63,328 bases of DNA, filler included, from Bonamia ostreae (GCA_040357525.1; 20 parts of 20 records of this genome joined end to end with filler, not necessarily neighbours in it); one strand, 5' to 3'; counted from the first letter of the whole stretch, positions 1 through 12,949 are shown. Made by a program: numbers and translations. Notes: generated by a model from the letters alone, not told the origin.

Positions 1-122
1 TAAAAAATATTCATAATATGAGAAACCAGAAAAAAAAATGTTCGATATAAAAAATGTCAATATTCGATAATATTTGTCGAGTACAATCCGTTGCACTTTG
101 TTGTACTCGTTTCCTTATGGAA

Positions 123-198
123 ATTAATAAAAAATCCTGAAAAAATGTCTATTTTAACATTCTCTATTATTCATTTCAATAACTTGATTTTTCTACAT
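123..198 (-). pseudogene. Inverted degenerate copy of an intron/exon junction of the adjacent ABCG gene
   Basis: Minus strand reads ...TTATTGAAATGAATAATAGAGAATGTTAAAATAGACATTTTTTCAGGATTTTTTATTAAT. It aligns with 2400-2483 (...TTATTGAAATGAATAACAGAAAATGTTAAAATAGACCTGCAATGCTTTTTTCAGGATTCTTCATTAAT), apart from an 8-nt deletion in the exon part. Confidence 0.7.
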
Positions 199-479
199 GT
201 TTATTTTTTCAAAATAAGGTTTGATCCTATTGTATTCTAACCTTCTATAAATATATCAAAAATGGCCATCCAAGGCTATTAAATTTAAGAATATGAAGGG
301 GTACTTAACTTGACTTTAACCAAGTTTAGTTTATAAACACTCCAAACGAAGATTTAATTTTTATTGCGATAAAATGTTTCCGTTTTTGATAAAGTATACA
401 TTTCCTTAATTGTTTCAATAAAAAATTCAAATTAAAAAATTGTTATAAAATACAAAATAACCCCTTCTCAATTTGTTTT

Positions 480-2878
480 ATGGAGTCTTCGAATAATAGC
501 AATAAAAGTGAAATAGAACATTCGTCAAATCAGATAAGACTTAAATTCGAGAATATTAATGTAATTATAAAAACCTTTGATAAAAGTATTCTCTTAAAAA
601 GGGCAATAAACGCCAAGTTTTAAAAAATTGCAGCGGAGTTGCTTTGCCTGGTCGGCTGTTGACCATTATCGGAACATGTTTTTTTATTTTCTTGAACATT
701 TTCATCGTTACAATTTTTAAAAAAAAAAACTTTTCCAGCTGGCGCTGGAAAAAGCAGTTTAATGAATATTCTTTCGGGAAGACTTCGAACTAATCGAAAT
801 GTCGAAGTGACTGGAGATATAAAACTTAATGGATCGTCAAAATATAGTTCTGAAGCCTTCAAACAAAACACAGCTTATGTTTTACAAGAAGACCTTGTCT
901 TTGAAACGCTCAGTGTGGCGTTTTTGTAACTAATATTTTAAGAGAAACATTTGATTTGTCTGCAACTTTGAGATTGCCGTCTGATATGAGCGCGGAAAGA
1001 AAGAAAAGAAGAATTGAATCAATAATAAGCAATCTTGGATTAGAGAGATGTCGTAATTCGATGGTCGGTGGAAAAGAGATCAGAGGTGTCTCTGGAGGAG
1101 AAAGAAAACGCGTTTGTATAGGAAATGAACTTATAATCAATCCAAGTCTTTTCTTTTTAGACGGTTTTTAAAATTGCAAAATCTTTATTCAGCAAAATAT
1201 TGTAAAAATATTGCAAAATCGATACCGATTCCGATATTTGCTATGATGAGCACCCTATCTCTGTCACTGTCTCGTTAAGAGACGGTAAATAAAATATAAA
1301 ATTTTGACATGAAAAATTGTTGTGTAACAATAGAGCCCACTTCAGGATTGGACAGTTATACAGCTCTAAAAATCGTAAAATTGCTTGTAAATCTTGCAAG
1401 AACGGGGAGAACGATAATAGTAACTTTGCATCAACCGAGTTCAGAAATGTTTGCAAATTTTGACGATTTGTTGGTCATGTCAGCGGGAAGAGTTGTTTAC
1501 AATGGTTCAGCTCAAAGGTCAATGGCTGTTTTTGCAAAACTTGGATCCCAAGTTCCTGTAAACAGTAATCCTTGTTTGCTTTCATTGTTACATTTTTACA
1601 GCTGACCATTATTTGTCGGTTGTTCAAGTTGAAAAAGATAAAGATTTGGAAAAAATCGACTATTTTGCAGATAACTATTTGGGTTATTTAAAGGAAGAAA
1701 TAGATAACGACGAGGATGGACAACGAAAATCCTTGTTGGAAAAACCTCTTACAGCGGAGAAAATAAAGAAACCTGGATTGATGGCTCAGATCTATTATTT
1801 GACGATTAAGAGAGCAGTGAAAAATTATATTCGTACTCCAAGTTTAACGTATCTCAGGGCAATCACGACATGTTTTGTTATCAAACATAAAGTATTCTTT
1901 TCAATAATCTGTGGGATTTTGTTTTACAAACTGGAATTTGATCAAGCAGGAACGAATGCAAGATTGGGATCTATATTCTTTATCTTGGTTAATCTTTTAC
2001 TTAATTCTGTTTTGAACGTTGTGCTTCAATGTTTTTTGTGATAATTTTATAGTTCCTTTGGAGAAAAAGGTCGTATTAAATGAGGTGTCAAATGGAATGT
2101 ACACGATTTTGCCTTATTTTATATCAAAATTTTTAGTTGAACTGCCGATAAACGTTTTTCGTGAAAATAATTAATAAGATTATTGTTGCTTTGGTCTACC
2201 AATTAATAGTTTATTTTATGATCGGATTTGAAAATACAGTTAAACAGTTTTTTATCATGTTTTTGGTACTTATCCTTTGGATGCAGATTGGATATTTTAT
2301 TGGGATGCTTATAGGTGTTGTGGCGCCGACTTCTGAATTGGCCGTTCCGCTAGTTTCGCTGACTTTTACGTTATTATTTATTTAAAGAGTAATTTAAAAA
2401 TGTCGAAAAAATAAATTATTGAAATGAATAACAGAAAATGTTAAAATAGACCTGCAATGCTTTTTTCAGGATTCTTCATTAATGCAAGTCAGATAAAAAT
2501 CTGGTTGAGATGGGCCACATTTGTGAACTATTTCAGATATATCTTGGATATGCTTTTCTACAACGAATTAAATAACAACATTCGAAAATATAAAGTCTGC
2601 ATTTTAAACGAGTGCAGATTTTTAACAGGAAAAGAAGTTCTGTCTACAATCGATAGAGACGATGTTTTACAACTAATTTTTTTAATCAACTTTTGTTGAA
2701 TCAAAAATTACAAAAGATCAAATTTTGGTTATGGTTCGGAATCGGTGTGATTTTTATGTTATTTTTTGCGATAATAACATACGTTATTTTGCTTTTTAAA
2801 ACCAACGTGAACTTTGGGAAGCCGTTATACTATCATAAATCTTCTATTCCAACTGAGGAAAAGAAAGAAGAAGTATAA
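480..2878 (+). CDS. ABCG (White-family) half transporter, multi-exon, apparently complete
   Basis: Spliced model gives Walker A GTSGAGKSS, AYVLQED, signature VSGGERKRVCIG, Walker B LFFLDEPTSGLD, H-loop TLHQP and a C-terminal ABC2 membrane domain (LFSGFFIN..W). Introns include 561-586 (26 nt) and 920-942 (23 nt). Confidence 0.95.
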
Positions 2879-3108
2879 TATTAAAAAACTGATAACATTT
2901 TGTGCACATCTCCAATATTTTATATTTAAGTGTTAATGGTACCATACAAATATCTCATGTTTCTATATTACCCATTCGTCCGCGCTGTACAAATACAAAG
3001 CAGACATTTTCAATTTTCAGTGCCATTACCCCATTCCGGGCGAGATTAACATGTGTCAAGCTAGAAATCTGTGTTATCACAAACATTTTATCAAATAATT
3101 TGTTGGAA

Positions 3109-3208
3109 NNNNNNNNNNNNNNNNNNNNNNNNNNNNNNNNNNNNNNNNNNNNTTAATTAATTAANNNNNNNNNNNNNNNNNNNNNNNNNNNNNNNNNNNN
3201 NNNNNNNN
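3109..3208. other. Artificial contig-joining linker (first of 19 identical linkers)
   Basis: 44 N + TTAATTAATTAA (stops in all six frames) + 44 N recurs about every 3.15 kb. Contig lengths fall from 3108 to 3044 bp. Confidence 0.98.
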
Positions 3209-4978
3209 CGATTTGTTTTGATTGATTTTGCAATTTCGAGGATTTCCAAACGATGAATCGACGATCGGCGAAATTGGAGAAATGGGAGACATTGGCGAAA
3301 TGGGCGGATTGGTCATTGCACTGTCAAAATGATTTAAATATTCGTTGCTTCGCAATTGGTTCTGTTGCATCATTTTTACGGATTGAAGCATTTTCAGTTG
3401 TTGCTCGCTCAAACTCTTTTCTTTAGACATTTTTTGCGTTTCTGCTTTGTTGTCTTTTTTATCAACGTTAAACATTTTTTAGAAAAGTGAAATTTGTTAT
3501 AAAATATTGCTCGAATCGTTTAAAAAGACAAAATTTTTCGTTTTACAAAAATAAACCGTTCGGAAGATAATAATCCATCTGCGATCCATATTGCGCCGAC
3601 GCGGAATTGGGACTGGGCGCAAAATCGAACGAAGAATAGCCCATTATCCCATTAAAGTGATCACTTTGCGCCGAAGGCGACAAATAACCTTGTTGTTCGC
3701 CATTCTGCGCCGAATAAGAAATCCCATTGCCCATAAAAGAACTCGGCGGCCACGACGCCCCGTTCTCGTGTAAAGAAAATCGCCCGTCGCCGAAATCTGC
3801 TCGGATCCGACCATTTTCGCTATAATCATATTGCCCCATTCCGTTGAAACCAAAGTTTTTGAGGAGAGAGTCTGTGCCGTTAACGCCGATGTGAAGGGCG
3901 CTGTCGCTTATGGGAGAAGTGGGGTTTGTGGTATTTATAAGGACATTGTTGCTGTTTATGATGTTGCTGCCAAGATTAGAAACGGGGTTTGGGCTGTTTG
4001 CCATGTTTTGTGGTTTTTTGGGAGGATCTAAAGGCAATTCCAGATCTAATCCCGTTGTTGATTTCTTTTAATTGCAATTTTTTGAATATTTTTAATTGCA
4101 ATTTTTTGAAAATTTTTGCAATATTTTCACGCAACAAATCAAATTAACAAAATTTTGGGGTAAAAAATTTATCGAATTTTTTAGAAAAATTTTTTAGGTG
4201 AAAATTTTTGCGATTTTTTTTAAATTTATCGAATTTTTAGAAAATCAAATTTTAAAAATTTTACGATTTGATATTACGATCTAAAAAACTGAAACATTTT
4301 GCGGTTGTCGCATTTCGGGAAATTTTAAAAATAATGTGAACACGTACGACTTATTAATAATTTTTGTACGGGCGAATTTACTGTTTTTAATAACTTGTTT
4401 TTGATAAAAAAAATTGGTTTTTTCGGCTTTTTAGATTACAAAATTGCGCTTTTGTTTTAATTTTGCGGTTTTTTTGTTAATTTTCGGTTTTTATGTACCA
4501 AAATGGCGTTTTTTAGCCGTTTGTTATTTTAGATTTTGCAGTTTATTTGCAAAAATGGACGTTTTTTAAAAAACTTTTTCGTCTGTGCTCTCGTTATTGG
4601 CATTATCGGAAACGGAGTCGAATCCGTTTCGATTTGCATCATTTTCTTCGTTTCCGTCGTCCGTTTTCTTGACATCGTCTTTTCGGCTGTTCGTTTCGCT
4701 TTTCTTCGAATCTTCGGTTTTGGATTGGAAGACGTTGTACTTCAAATCGAACGAACTGTTTTGTTCTGAAAACAAATCGTCAAATTTTTCTTGGTTGAAA
4801 TTAGAAAATGAAAAGTCTTCCGCTTTTTCGGTGTTCCCAAAAAATCCCGAATTTTCCGATTTTTCTTCGGTACAACCGATTTCTGACCAAATCTCCCTCT
4901 TTTTATAAAAAACAAAACGAATTTAAAGCTTTAAAAGAGACTAAAATTAACTTGTTTAGGAAGCCCTTTTTGGTTCAT
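3209..4978 (-). CDS. Hypothetical low-complexity S/N/G/Q-rich protein, 3' partial
   Basis: ORFs 4566-4775, 3543-4037 and 3209-3475 lie on the same strand, separated by AT-rich intron-like gaps. ATG at 4978. Joining them into one gene is uncertain. Confidence 0.5.
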
Positions 4979-5283
4979 GTTTATTTTGATATATAATTGT
5001 GTGTTTTTTTATAATGTGGCAATAAAAATAAAAGTTTACAAATGTTAGATCTCCGCGGTAAAAAAAATTAATATTTAGCAATTCGGACTTTATATATTAT
5101 GTAAAAATAAATTTTTTGTAATTGATTTTTTTGCTGATAACTTTCTGATAAGACAAATTTAAAGCTTTCAGCTGAACAAAAGAATTTTTATGTTAATTTG
5201 CAAAATTTTGTAATACAAAAAATCAGTTTAAATAATTTAATAAACGAATTTAAATTACAAGTTTTCGGACTTACGAAATAATT

Positions 5284-6000
5284 ATGTCGGTTTCGGTGAA
5301 CAAACTAATTGACAAAATAAACAAAAAAATTGTTTTTCACAAAAAAGTGGAAAAGCACTCGAAAAGAATTGCTACTGCGATTTTTAATCCAAAGAAAAGC
5401 GACATCGATTTTGATTATTTGTTTAATGGCGATTTCGACGTTTGCAAATATTTTTAACAACAAAAAACAAAGAACGGCAAAAAGGGAATTATAGAATTTG
5501 TCTTTGAAACGACAAAGTCGAATAAAAAATCAAAAAATATTTGTTTAAAATTGGCTGTGATTTTAGTGACGGAAAATGAAAATGCGAAAGAAAGTTTAAA
5601 AAATTGCAATTTAAATTACGAAAAATCGGTGAAATATTTGTTTAATAAAGAAGATGCAGATTTTATATTAAATTTGATAAATTTTAGACAAGATTGTAAA
5701 AGTTTTTATCCAAATTTTAAGAATTAGTCGAATTTGAATTCAAAAAAATGACGATACGAGACGAGATAATATCTGTTTAAATTTACAAAAATTAAGATTG
5801 CAAAGCAAAATCCAAAAATCAAAGAATCGATTTTATATTTTGTAAATTTGATCGAATCTGAAAATACAAAATTTGAAGAATTTGATCAACTTGAGAAATT
5901 GAACAAAAATGCTAAAAATCTGATTTTGCATTTTTTTAAAGAAAATGATTTTTCGATTTTTAATAAAGCTTAGTCGATTTTGATCAAGTTTACATCAAAA
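5284..6000 (+). CDS. Hypothetical multi-exon protein, partial
   Basis: ATG at 5284 (MSVSVNKLIDK...) followed by coding-like segments broken by short GT..AG gaps. No family recognised. Confidence 0.35.
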
Positions 6001-6094
6001 ATTTTCATTTTTTTTTAGATTTTTTATCGTTTAAATTTTATTTTTGCAAAATTTTTATCGAAATTTTTCAATTTCTGACAATTTTATAGTTTCA

Positions 6095-6308
6095 TTTATT
6101 GCAAATTTTTTACAGTTAAAGTTTTATTTTTGAAATTATATTTTCGTTAAAATTTTATTATTGCAAATTTTTTATCGTTAAAGTTCTATTATTGAAATTA
6201 TATTTTCGTTAAAATTTTATTATTGCAAATTTTTTATCGTTAAAGTTCTATTATTGAAATTATATTTTCGTTAAAATTTTATTATTGCAAATTTTTTATC
6301 GTTAAAGT
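6095..6308. repeat. AT-rich tandem repeat, about 62-bp unit, at contig end
   Basis: TTGCAAATTTTTTATCGTTAAAGTTCTATTATTGAAATTATATTTTCGTTAAAATTTTATTA recurs with period 62. Confidence 0.9.
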
Positions 6309-6408
6309 NNNNNNNNNNNNNNNNNNNNNNNNNNNNNNNNNNNNNNNNNNNNTTAATTAATTAANNNNNNNNNNNNNNNNNNNNNNNNNNNNNNNNNNNN
6401 NNNNNNNN

Positions 6409-6996
6409 TTTTTAGAATTTTCTGATTGGCTTTTGCACATTCCTGTTTTAATTAAAATGATTTTTAAAACAAAACCGTTTTGGATGATTTTATTTTGTAT
6501 ATTTTTAAAATTAATGTCATTTCTCTTACTCGAATTAACGTCATTAAAGCTCATTTTGCAATTTTTCAGTTTGTCCTCATAAAATTTTTTACAAAAAATC
6601 CGATGCATTTCGACTTCGACTTTATTTTTAAAGCGTTTTTGGCAATTTTTGCAATCGAAAGAATTAAATTTTGGAGATTTGGATAAATTTTGGTCTGAAT
6701 TTTGCTTTCTTTTAAGAATTGGTATTAAAGTATATCCGTTCAGACTTTTTGTTAACATTTGATAATTTTTATTAAAAATAATTGCTCTCATGAAATTACA
6801 AATTTAAAATTTGTTACCTAAAATTTAAAAATGTTACTAAAATTTAAAAAATAATAGACGAATTTGGTATCCACGTGCTTGGCTGGCACGGATGAACCAT
6901 TAGTGCACAAAAAGACGAATATTTATTTTTGCATAATGTACAATGGATATTCGCCATTTTTTGTTTTCTGACATCTTTGCCATTATTTTTGAGCAT
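6409..6996 (-). CDS. Zinc-finger protein (C2HC/C2H2-like), 3' partial
   Basis: Two motifs in successive exons: CTLCKNKYSSFCALMVHPC and CKNCQKRFKNKVEVEMHRIFC. Confidence 0.55.
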
Positions 6997-7486
6997 TTTT
7001 TCTCTATTTTTAAATTAATTTTGTTACGGAACAAAAAATGAGCACTTTCCGAAAATTAAATTAAAGAGGATAAAATTTGCATGAAATTATTTTAATCCAA
7101 ATTCATTGTTTTCACAAAACTTTAAAACATGAAAAAGCCGGAATTTTTGTCGAAATTCCTCTTTTTTATTTCGGAAAATTTTTTAAATCTTTATTTTGCA
7201 ATTTTAGAAATTAAAAAATTGAAGATTTAACCAAATCTTTTTTCTATAAATTTCTGTTTTTGCGGAAAACGCTTTTTTTGAAGATATAAAAGTGAGTTTG
7301 TCGTAATTGTTGTCAGTTTGGCGACAGAAAGAATAAAAGTGATAAGATATTTAGTTTAAAAACAATATTGTTTTTGTGTTTATTGTTGTTTAGAATTAAC
7401 GAGAAAAAAAATTTTGCAATTTAATTTGAAAAAAATAAAAAATTTTGCAATTTAAAATTTATTAAAAAGAGAAACAATAAAATTTA

Positions 7487-8222
7487 TTATTTTCTCAAAC
7501 GCAACAAATTATCAAATTTAGCAATGTCCATCCAATTTCCTGTTATAAAAACAGACATTTCTTTAATAAACAAATTCGTATTCTCGAACAAAAACGGTTT
7601 CAATTCGATTTCCAATATATTTTCATCAAGTCCGAAGTTTTTTAAATTAGACAAAATAAAGTTTAGCAAAATTTCATTTTCCATTTTGTTTGTCAAAACA
7701 GAAAGTTCTCTTTCGAGCCAAGGCTTCAACCTGTTTAATATATTCTCACTGTTTTTTCTAAAATATTGACGAACTTTAAAATTTTAAGTTTTTTGTTGTT
7801 CCAAAAAAATTTAAAATTGCGAAAATTGGCAAAATTTGGTGAAAAAATTTACCAAAATAATCGATTTTTCTTGATAGCGGAAATGGCTTTGTGTTCTTTC
7901 CTGTCAAATAAATTTCCTTGCGATCGCCAATTATTGTTTCGTTTTCGCTAAAATATTTTTGGGCTAAATTTAGAATGTCTTTGACTTCAAATATCTCAAA
8001 AATATCAAGATTTTCGTCATGTCTAATTATTTGGGAAAATTTTATTTTGCATAACGGACAAGAAACAGTTTCTCTTTCCGGATTTGATAAAGTGAGGACA
8101 ATCCAGTTTTGAATACAATTAAAACAAAATTCGTCTAAATTTCGATTAAAAAAACGATGACAATTCTTCACGGCAATCGCGTTTTTGATGGATTCTAAGC
8201 ATATCGAACATTTTTCCGCCAT
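7487..8222 (-). CDS. Topors-like RING E3 ubiquitin ligase
   Basis: C3HC4 RING CSICLESI..NCHHEFCFNC..W..CPLCK after removing 21-nt intron 8135-8155. The C-terminal LKPWLERELSVL...LKPFLFENTNLFIKEM resembles the conserved Topors region. Confidence 0.8.
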
Positions 8223-8665
8223 TTTTGAAAAAAATATTGTTTCTCTATATATTTTCATTATAAACATTTTTTAATTTTTAAATAAATTTCAAGTTGAATC
8301 TTTGAGTTCAATTTATAAGAAACTGAACCATTCGATAACATTTCAAACAAAAACTTAAACAAAATCCTATAAAACTCAAAATCCTAAAAAGCTTTGACAA
8401 GGATGACTTCAGAAAAAAGCTCAAACAACCCCAAAAGTTTGTTTGACAATTTTTTAAAAATACGGCGTCAACAGAAGAATCGCCAGAAAAAGACCTCATT
8501 CCAATAGACGACATAAACAAAATTTTAACAACAAACAAACATTTTGAAGAAAAGAATGAATTCCACACCGCTCCACTCTTCGAAAAATCGGATTTTTCCC
8601 AAAATGGAAAAACTGATTTTGACCAAAAAAGTAATTAACAAAATATCTAAAATTAAGCAAAAATT

Positions 8666-9336
8666 TTGCAAAACAATTTTATTGTCGATGAACCCATTTT
8701 TTCGATCGACGATAACAACGACGAAATCAAAATTGAAACCGACGAAGCTTCTGACTACGAAACTGATAATTTTGTCAGATTTGGTAACAATGAGACAGAA
8801 AATAACAAAATCGATTCCAAACTTCAAAACAATAACGAAAATTCTAAAAACGAGCTTAAAAATGAAAATGAAATCAAAGTTGAAAAAAATGAACTTCAAA
8901 ATGAAAATGAGCTTAAACCGGAATATGAATGGGCGACAGAAGAAAAACTAAAACCAAATCATCCAGATTTCGACAGAATAGAACCGAAAGCGATGAAATT
9001 TCCGTTTGAATTGGACGATTTCCAGAAACAAGCGATTGTTCATTTAAACAAAAACGAGAGCGTTTTTGTGTCGGCGCACACATCTGCAGGGAAAACGGTG
9101 ATCGCGGAATATGCGATTGCAATGGCGATCTCTCATTTGACGAGAGCTGTTTATACGTCTCCGATAAAAACTTTGAGCAACCAAAAATTTCGCGATTTTA
9201 AAGTTTTTTGGAGAAAGTTAATTTAAATAGAAAGCGTTTGGAGATGTTGGAATAGTGACAGGAGACGTGTCGATAAATCCGGAAGCAAGCTGTCTGATTT
9301 TGACGACAGAAATTTTCCGTTCGATTCTTTATAAAG
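8666..9336 (+). CDS. SKI2: Ski2-family RNA helicase, partial (start uncertain, 3' truncated)
   Basis: [50 protein letters not shown], then [32 protein letters not shown] after a short intron. Confidence 0.9.
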
Positions 9337-9624
9337 TTTAAACAAATTTTAAATTGAATTCAAAACAAAATTTGATTAAATTGCAAAATATTTAATTGAA
9401 AAATGTGAAAACAAATTTAATCGAAAATAACAATAAAAATTTAATTTAATTTAAAATTTCAATAATAAACAATTTAATTGAAATTCCAAAAATATTAATT
9501 TAAAATTTNNNNNNNNNNNNNNNNNNNNNNNNNNNNNNNNNNNNNNNNNNNNTTAATTAATTAANNNNNNNNNNNNNNNNNNNNNNNNNNNNNNNNNNNN
9601 NNNNNNNNCCTTTTTTGTTTTGTG

Positions 9625-10050
9625 TTATAACTATAATAACTTTTTTAGTGTTGTAACAATAATTACTTTATTTATGTTGTAACAATATTAATTATTTTTC
9701 TGTTGTAACAATAATAACTTTTTTTTCTGTTGTAACAATAATTACTTTATTTGTGTTGTAACAATAATAACATTTTTCTGTTGTAACAATAATAACTTTT
9801 TTTATTTTGTAACAATAATAACATTTTTCTGTTGTATCAATACCAACTTTTTTTTTATGTTGTAACAATAATTAGTTTATTTATGTTGTGCAATAATTAC
9901 TTTTTTTCTGTTGTAACAATAATTACTTTTTTATGTTGTAACAATAATAACATTTTTCTGTTGTAACAATAATTACTTTATTTATGTTGTGCAATATTAA
10001 TTATTTTTCTGTTGTAGCAATAATTACTTTTTTATGTTGTAACAATAACA
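9625..10050. repeat. Minisatellite, about 25-26-bp unit (core TGTTGTAACAAT), probably intronic in the HECT gene
   Basis: Many consecutive degenerate copies directly downstream (minus strand) of the last visible HECT exon. Confidence 0.9.
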
Positions 10051-10087
10051 TTTAAAATTAAATTTGTTATTGTTGCAAATGATGAAC

Positions 10088-12708
10088 CTGCGTCTTGTCC
10101 ACCCTCTCCAACATACTCGACCATCAAAGGATGGCGATAGCTCCGAAGAGCGGAGGGAGACAAAAAATTTGCTTGTCTGTAAATCTGTCCAAAAACACTT
10201 TTCTTTCCATCATTTTCTCCGCGTTCTTTCGCCTTTTTATTTTTAACATTTTTAAAATTTCCAAAACAAAAAATGATTTCGAACCTTTAGAGCTTGTAGT
10301 CTATTCACTTGAACTTTAACTCTCGAAAAGCTTTTTGTCGCGTCAAGTAATCGCGTGAAAATTCTGTTTTTAGTGAGCGAGAAAATGAAATTTCTAGATT
10401 CGATTAATCTCTCGGCCAAACTCCCTTTTTCGGAAACTTGAGAGAAATCGACCAAATGAAAGATTTGGTTCAATCTGTTGTTCAGAATTCTTATTTGGAC
10501 GAGTCTTTCGAGAATTGTTTTACAGTCCATTTTAGCTTTATTTTTACAAAAATTTTTATCGTTCAATAAAAAATTTTCTCTTTCGCAATTTAAAATTAAC
10601 GAACAAAAATTTTCGTAAAATTGTTTTTTGTCTTTCTCAATTTAAAATTATCAAAGATAAAATCACTTAATTTGACAATATCATTATCAACCTAAAAGCG
10701 GATACTTCCTCTCCAGTCCTTCAAAAGAAACTCTTCCGACGTCGAAGAAAATAGCTTGTTCAGTGTTGAGCGGATAAATCTGTATTTGCCCGTTCGAATC
10801 CTCCGAATCTTCGTACTCCGATAAATATTCCTCGTCGTCGTCTTCCATCTCTTCGTCGATCAAAATGTCAAAATCCGCCATTTGCTCTCTTCTCTCGCTC
10901 CGGTTACTCTGGTACAAAATGTTCAATCCAACGTTGCCGAAAACATTTGCTCTGTTCGAAGAGAATCTGTACATCGGACGAACAATGTCTGTTTCCGAAT
11001 GCGATCTTTGTTCTTCTCTGTTTCTATTCGTCTCATTGTTCTCGCCGCCATTATCATTGTCGATATTTGTCTCATTGTTATTATTGTCGATATTTGTCTC
11101 ATTGTTATTGTCACCGTTATTACTGGAGCGCACAACGTTAAAATTGGAATCGTCGTTGCTGTTTGTTTCGATCAGAGAACTTCTTGGAACGACATAAAAA
11201 CGTCTTTCCGTGGAATGATCTGTTCGGCGTTGGGCCAAAAGTTCGATATTTCTTTCGAGACGAGGTTGATCCGGGCGCTGTTCGGGTTGAAGGTTGCTTT
11301 CGTTTCTGCTCGAATGGTATCGCCACTGAATTTCGGGCATTTCGCTGTTGTTTCGCGAAGACCTTTTTCTTTTTTGTAGCTCGTTTGCGTAAAATTTGAT
11401 CAGTTGTTCGTCCGATTCTTTCGTCCATTTTTCCGTTTTTGACTTTTCGTTTTGATTTTTCTTTGAAAATTTTGTGGTTGTTTCGATTTTTATGTCTTCT
11501 GCGTTAATTGGTTTTGTTTCTTCGACGATTTTTCTTTTTTGTTTTTAATGAAAATTTTTATTTTTGCGTCTTTTACAAAATTTTTGTTCGAAACGGCAAT
11601 TTGCAAACTAACTTGATTTCTTCGATTTTGATCGGATTGGTGTAGCAGCGCATATCGGCGAGCCCGATTTGCTCTTTTAGAACGATTGCGTCCGCGTTGT
11701 TGGCAACGAAGGGCGGGATGTTTCCGACAAAGATCAAATCGTTCGAAGGCTCGCAAACGCCTAAAATTGTTTTCTGTCCAACGGCTTCGCCGTCGATGGC
11801 CATTTCCATTTTCTCGGCGTTGCAGTTTATAGCAAAATGAGTCCATTTTTTCGCAGGGAGACTTTTGTTGCTGTGCAAAGTAGTGCTTGATCCTCTTAGA
11901 TAAATTTCTGCGAAAATTCTGTTCTTTTTCTAGATTGTTTAAATTTGCCAAAAATCGAGAAAATGACTAAAAACGTCCCAATTTGTTAAAATGAATGCGC
12001 AAAATTAGCTGAAAATATATAACTAGCCAAAAAAACAAGAAAAATTAACTATAAATCGCAAAAAAAAAACAAGAAAAAATAACTAAAAATGCCAAAAATC
12101 ATCAAAAATGCACAAAATAACATAAATTATTAAAATGGCCAAAAATCATCAATATTTTTACATTAAAAACAGTCAAAGCGATAAGAGGGAAAACTGAAGA
12201 ATTCGTCTGGCCAAACCCTTTAACGAATATAATTTGATGCGATTTTCTTTCTTCCTCTGTCAGATAAATCCAAAACATGATGCAGAAAGTATCAACCTTG
12301 TAGCCAGTGTTCGCGAAAGGGTCCTCCCGCACATAATATTCTTTACCCGCCATCGGAAAAATCAATTTTTCCGCAATTTGATAATAATTCTCTTTTTTAC
12401 ATTAAATTATTTTTTACAAAAGCGAAAATTTATTTTCCGTTTGCGAATTGACAAATTTAAAACTTTAAAACAAAACCTGTAACTTCAACAATGTTCCTCG
12501 AAACTAACAATGTTTGGCCAATTCGGTCCATTCCATTCATCGTCATCTCTGATATTTCCTCCAATTTATCCAACAAACTTGGCTCTTTTAAATTGCAATT
12601 TTGTCGTTTTCAATTGCAAAATTTAATCGTTTTCAAATGCAAATTTAATTTGCAAAATTTGTATAAATAACCAGCTTTGACAACAACCATTCGATTTTTC
12701 TTGCTACA
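10088..12708 (-). CDS. HECT E3 ubiquitin ligase with LamG/ConA-like domain, internal fragment
   Basis: HECT start ...PSALRSYRHPLMVEYVGEGGQDAG and LQIRILNNRL..FHLVDFS..IFSLTKN. LamG-like TFCIMFWIYL and KWTHFAINC..MEMAIDG, separated by an N/D/E-rich linker. Confidence 0.75.
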
Positions 12709-12949
12709 NNNNNNNNNNNNNNNNNNNNNNNNNNNNNNNNNNNNNNNNNNNNTTAATTAATTAANNNNNNNNNNNNNNNNNNNNNNNNNNNNNNNNNNNN
12801 NNNNNNNNTAAATTTAGCGCTGAATTTTCATGCAACAATTTTTCAAAATTAAACAGTAATATGACAAAAAAAACTATTTTTTTATATTCGTGGTATATTG
12901 ATTACAAGTTGTAATCAAAAACAACAGTATTGTTTTTTTTTAATTTCTA

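Noticed and set aside
480-2878. Alternative genetic code or frameshifting to explain fragmented ORFs
   Set aside because: The breaks I examined in conserved genes resolve with canonical GT-AG introns, and TAA, TAG and TGA all terminate genes normally.
3109-3208. Regularly spaced TTAATTAATTAA palindromes as a biological repeat or array
   Set aside because: Always centred in 44+44 N between length-sorted contigs, so it is an assembly concatenation linker. ORFs running into X are artefacts.
9625-10050. CRISPR-like array
   Set aside because: Units are contiguous and degenerate with no unique spacers, there are no cas genes, and the context is eukaryotic.
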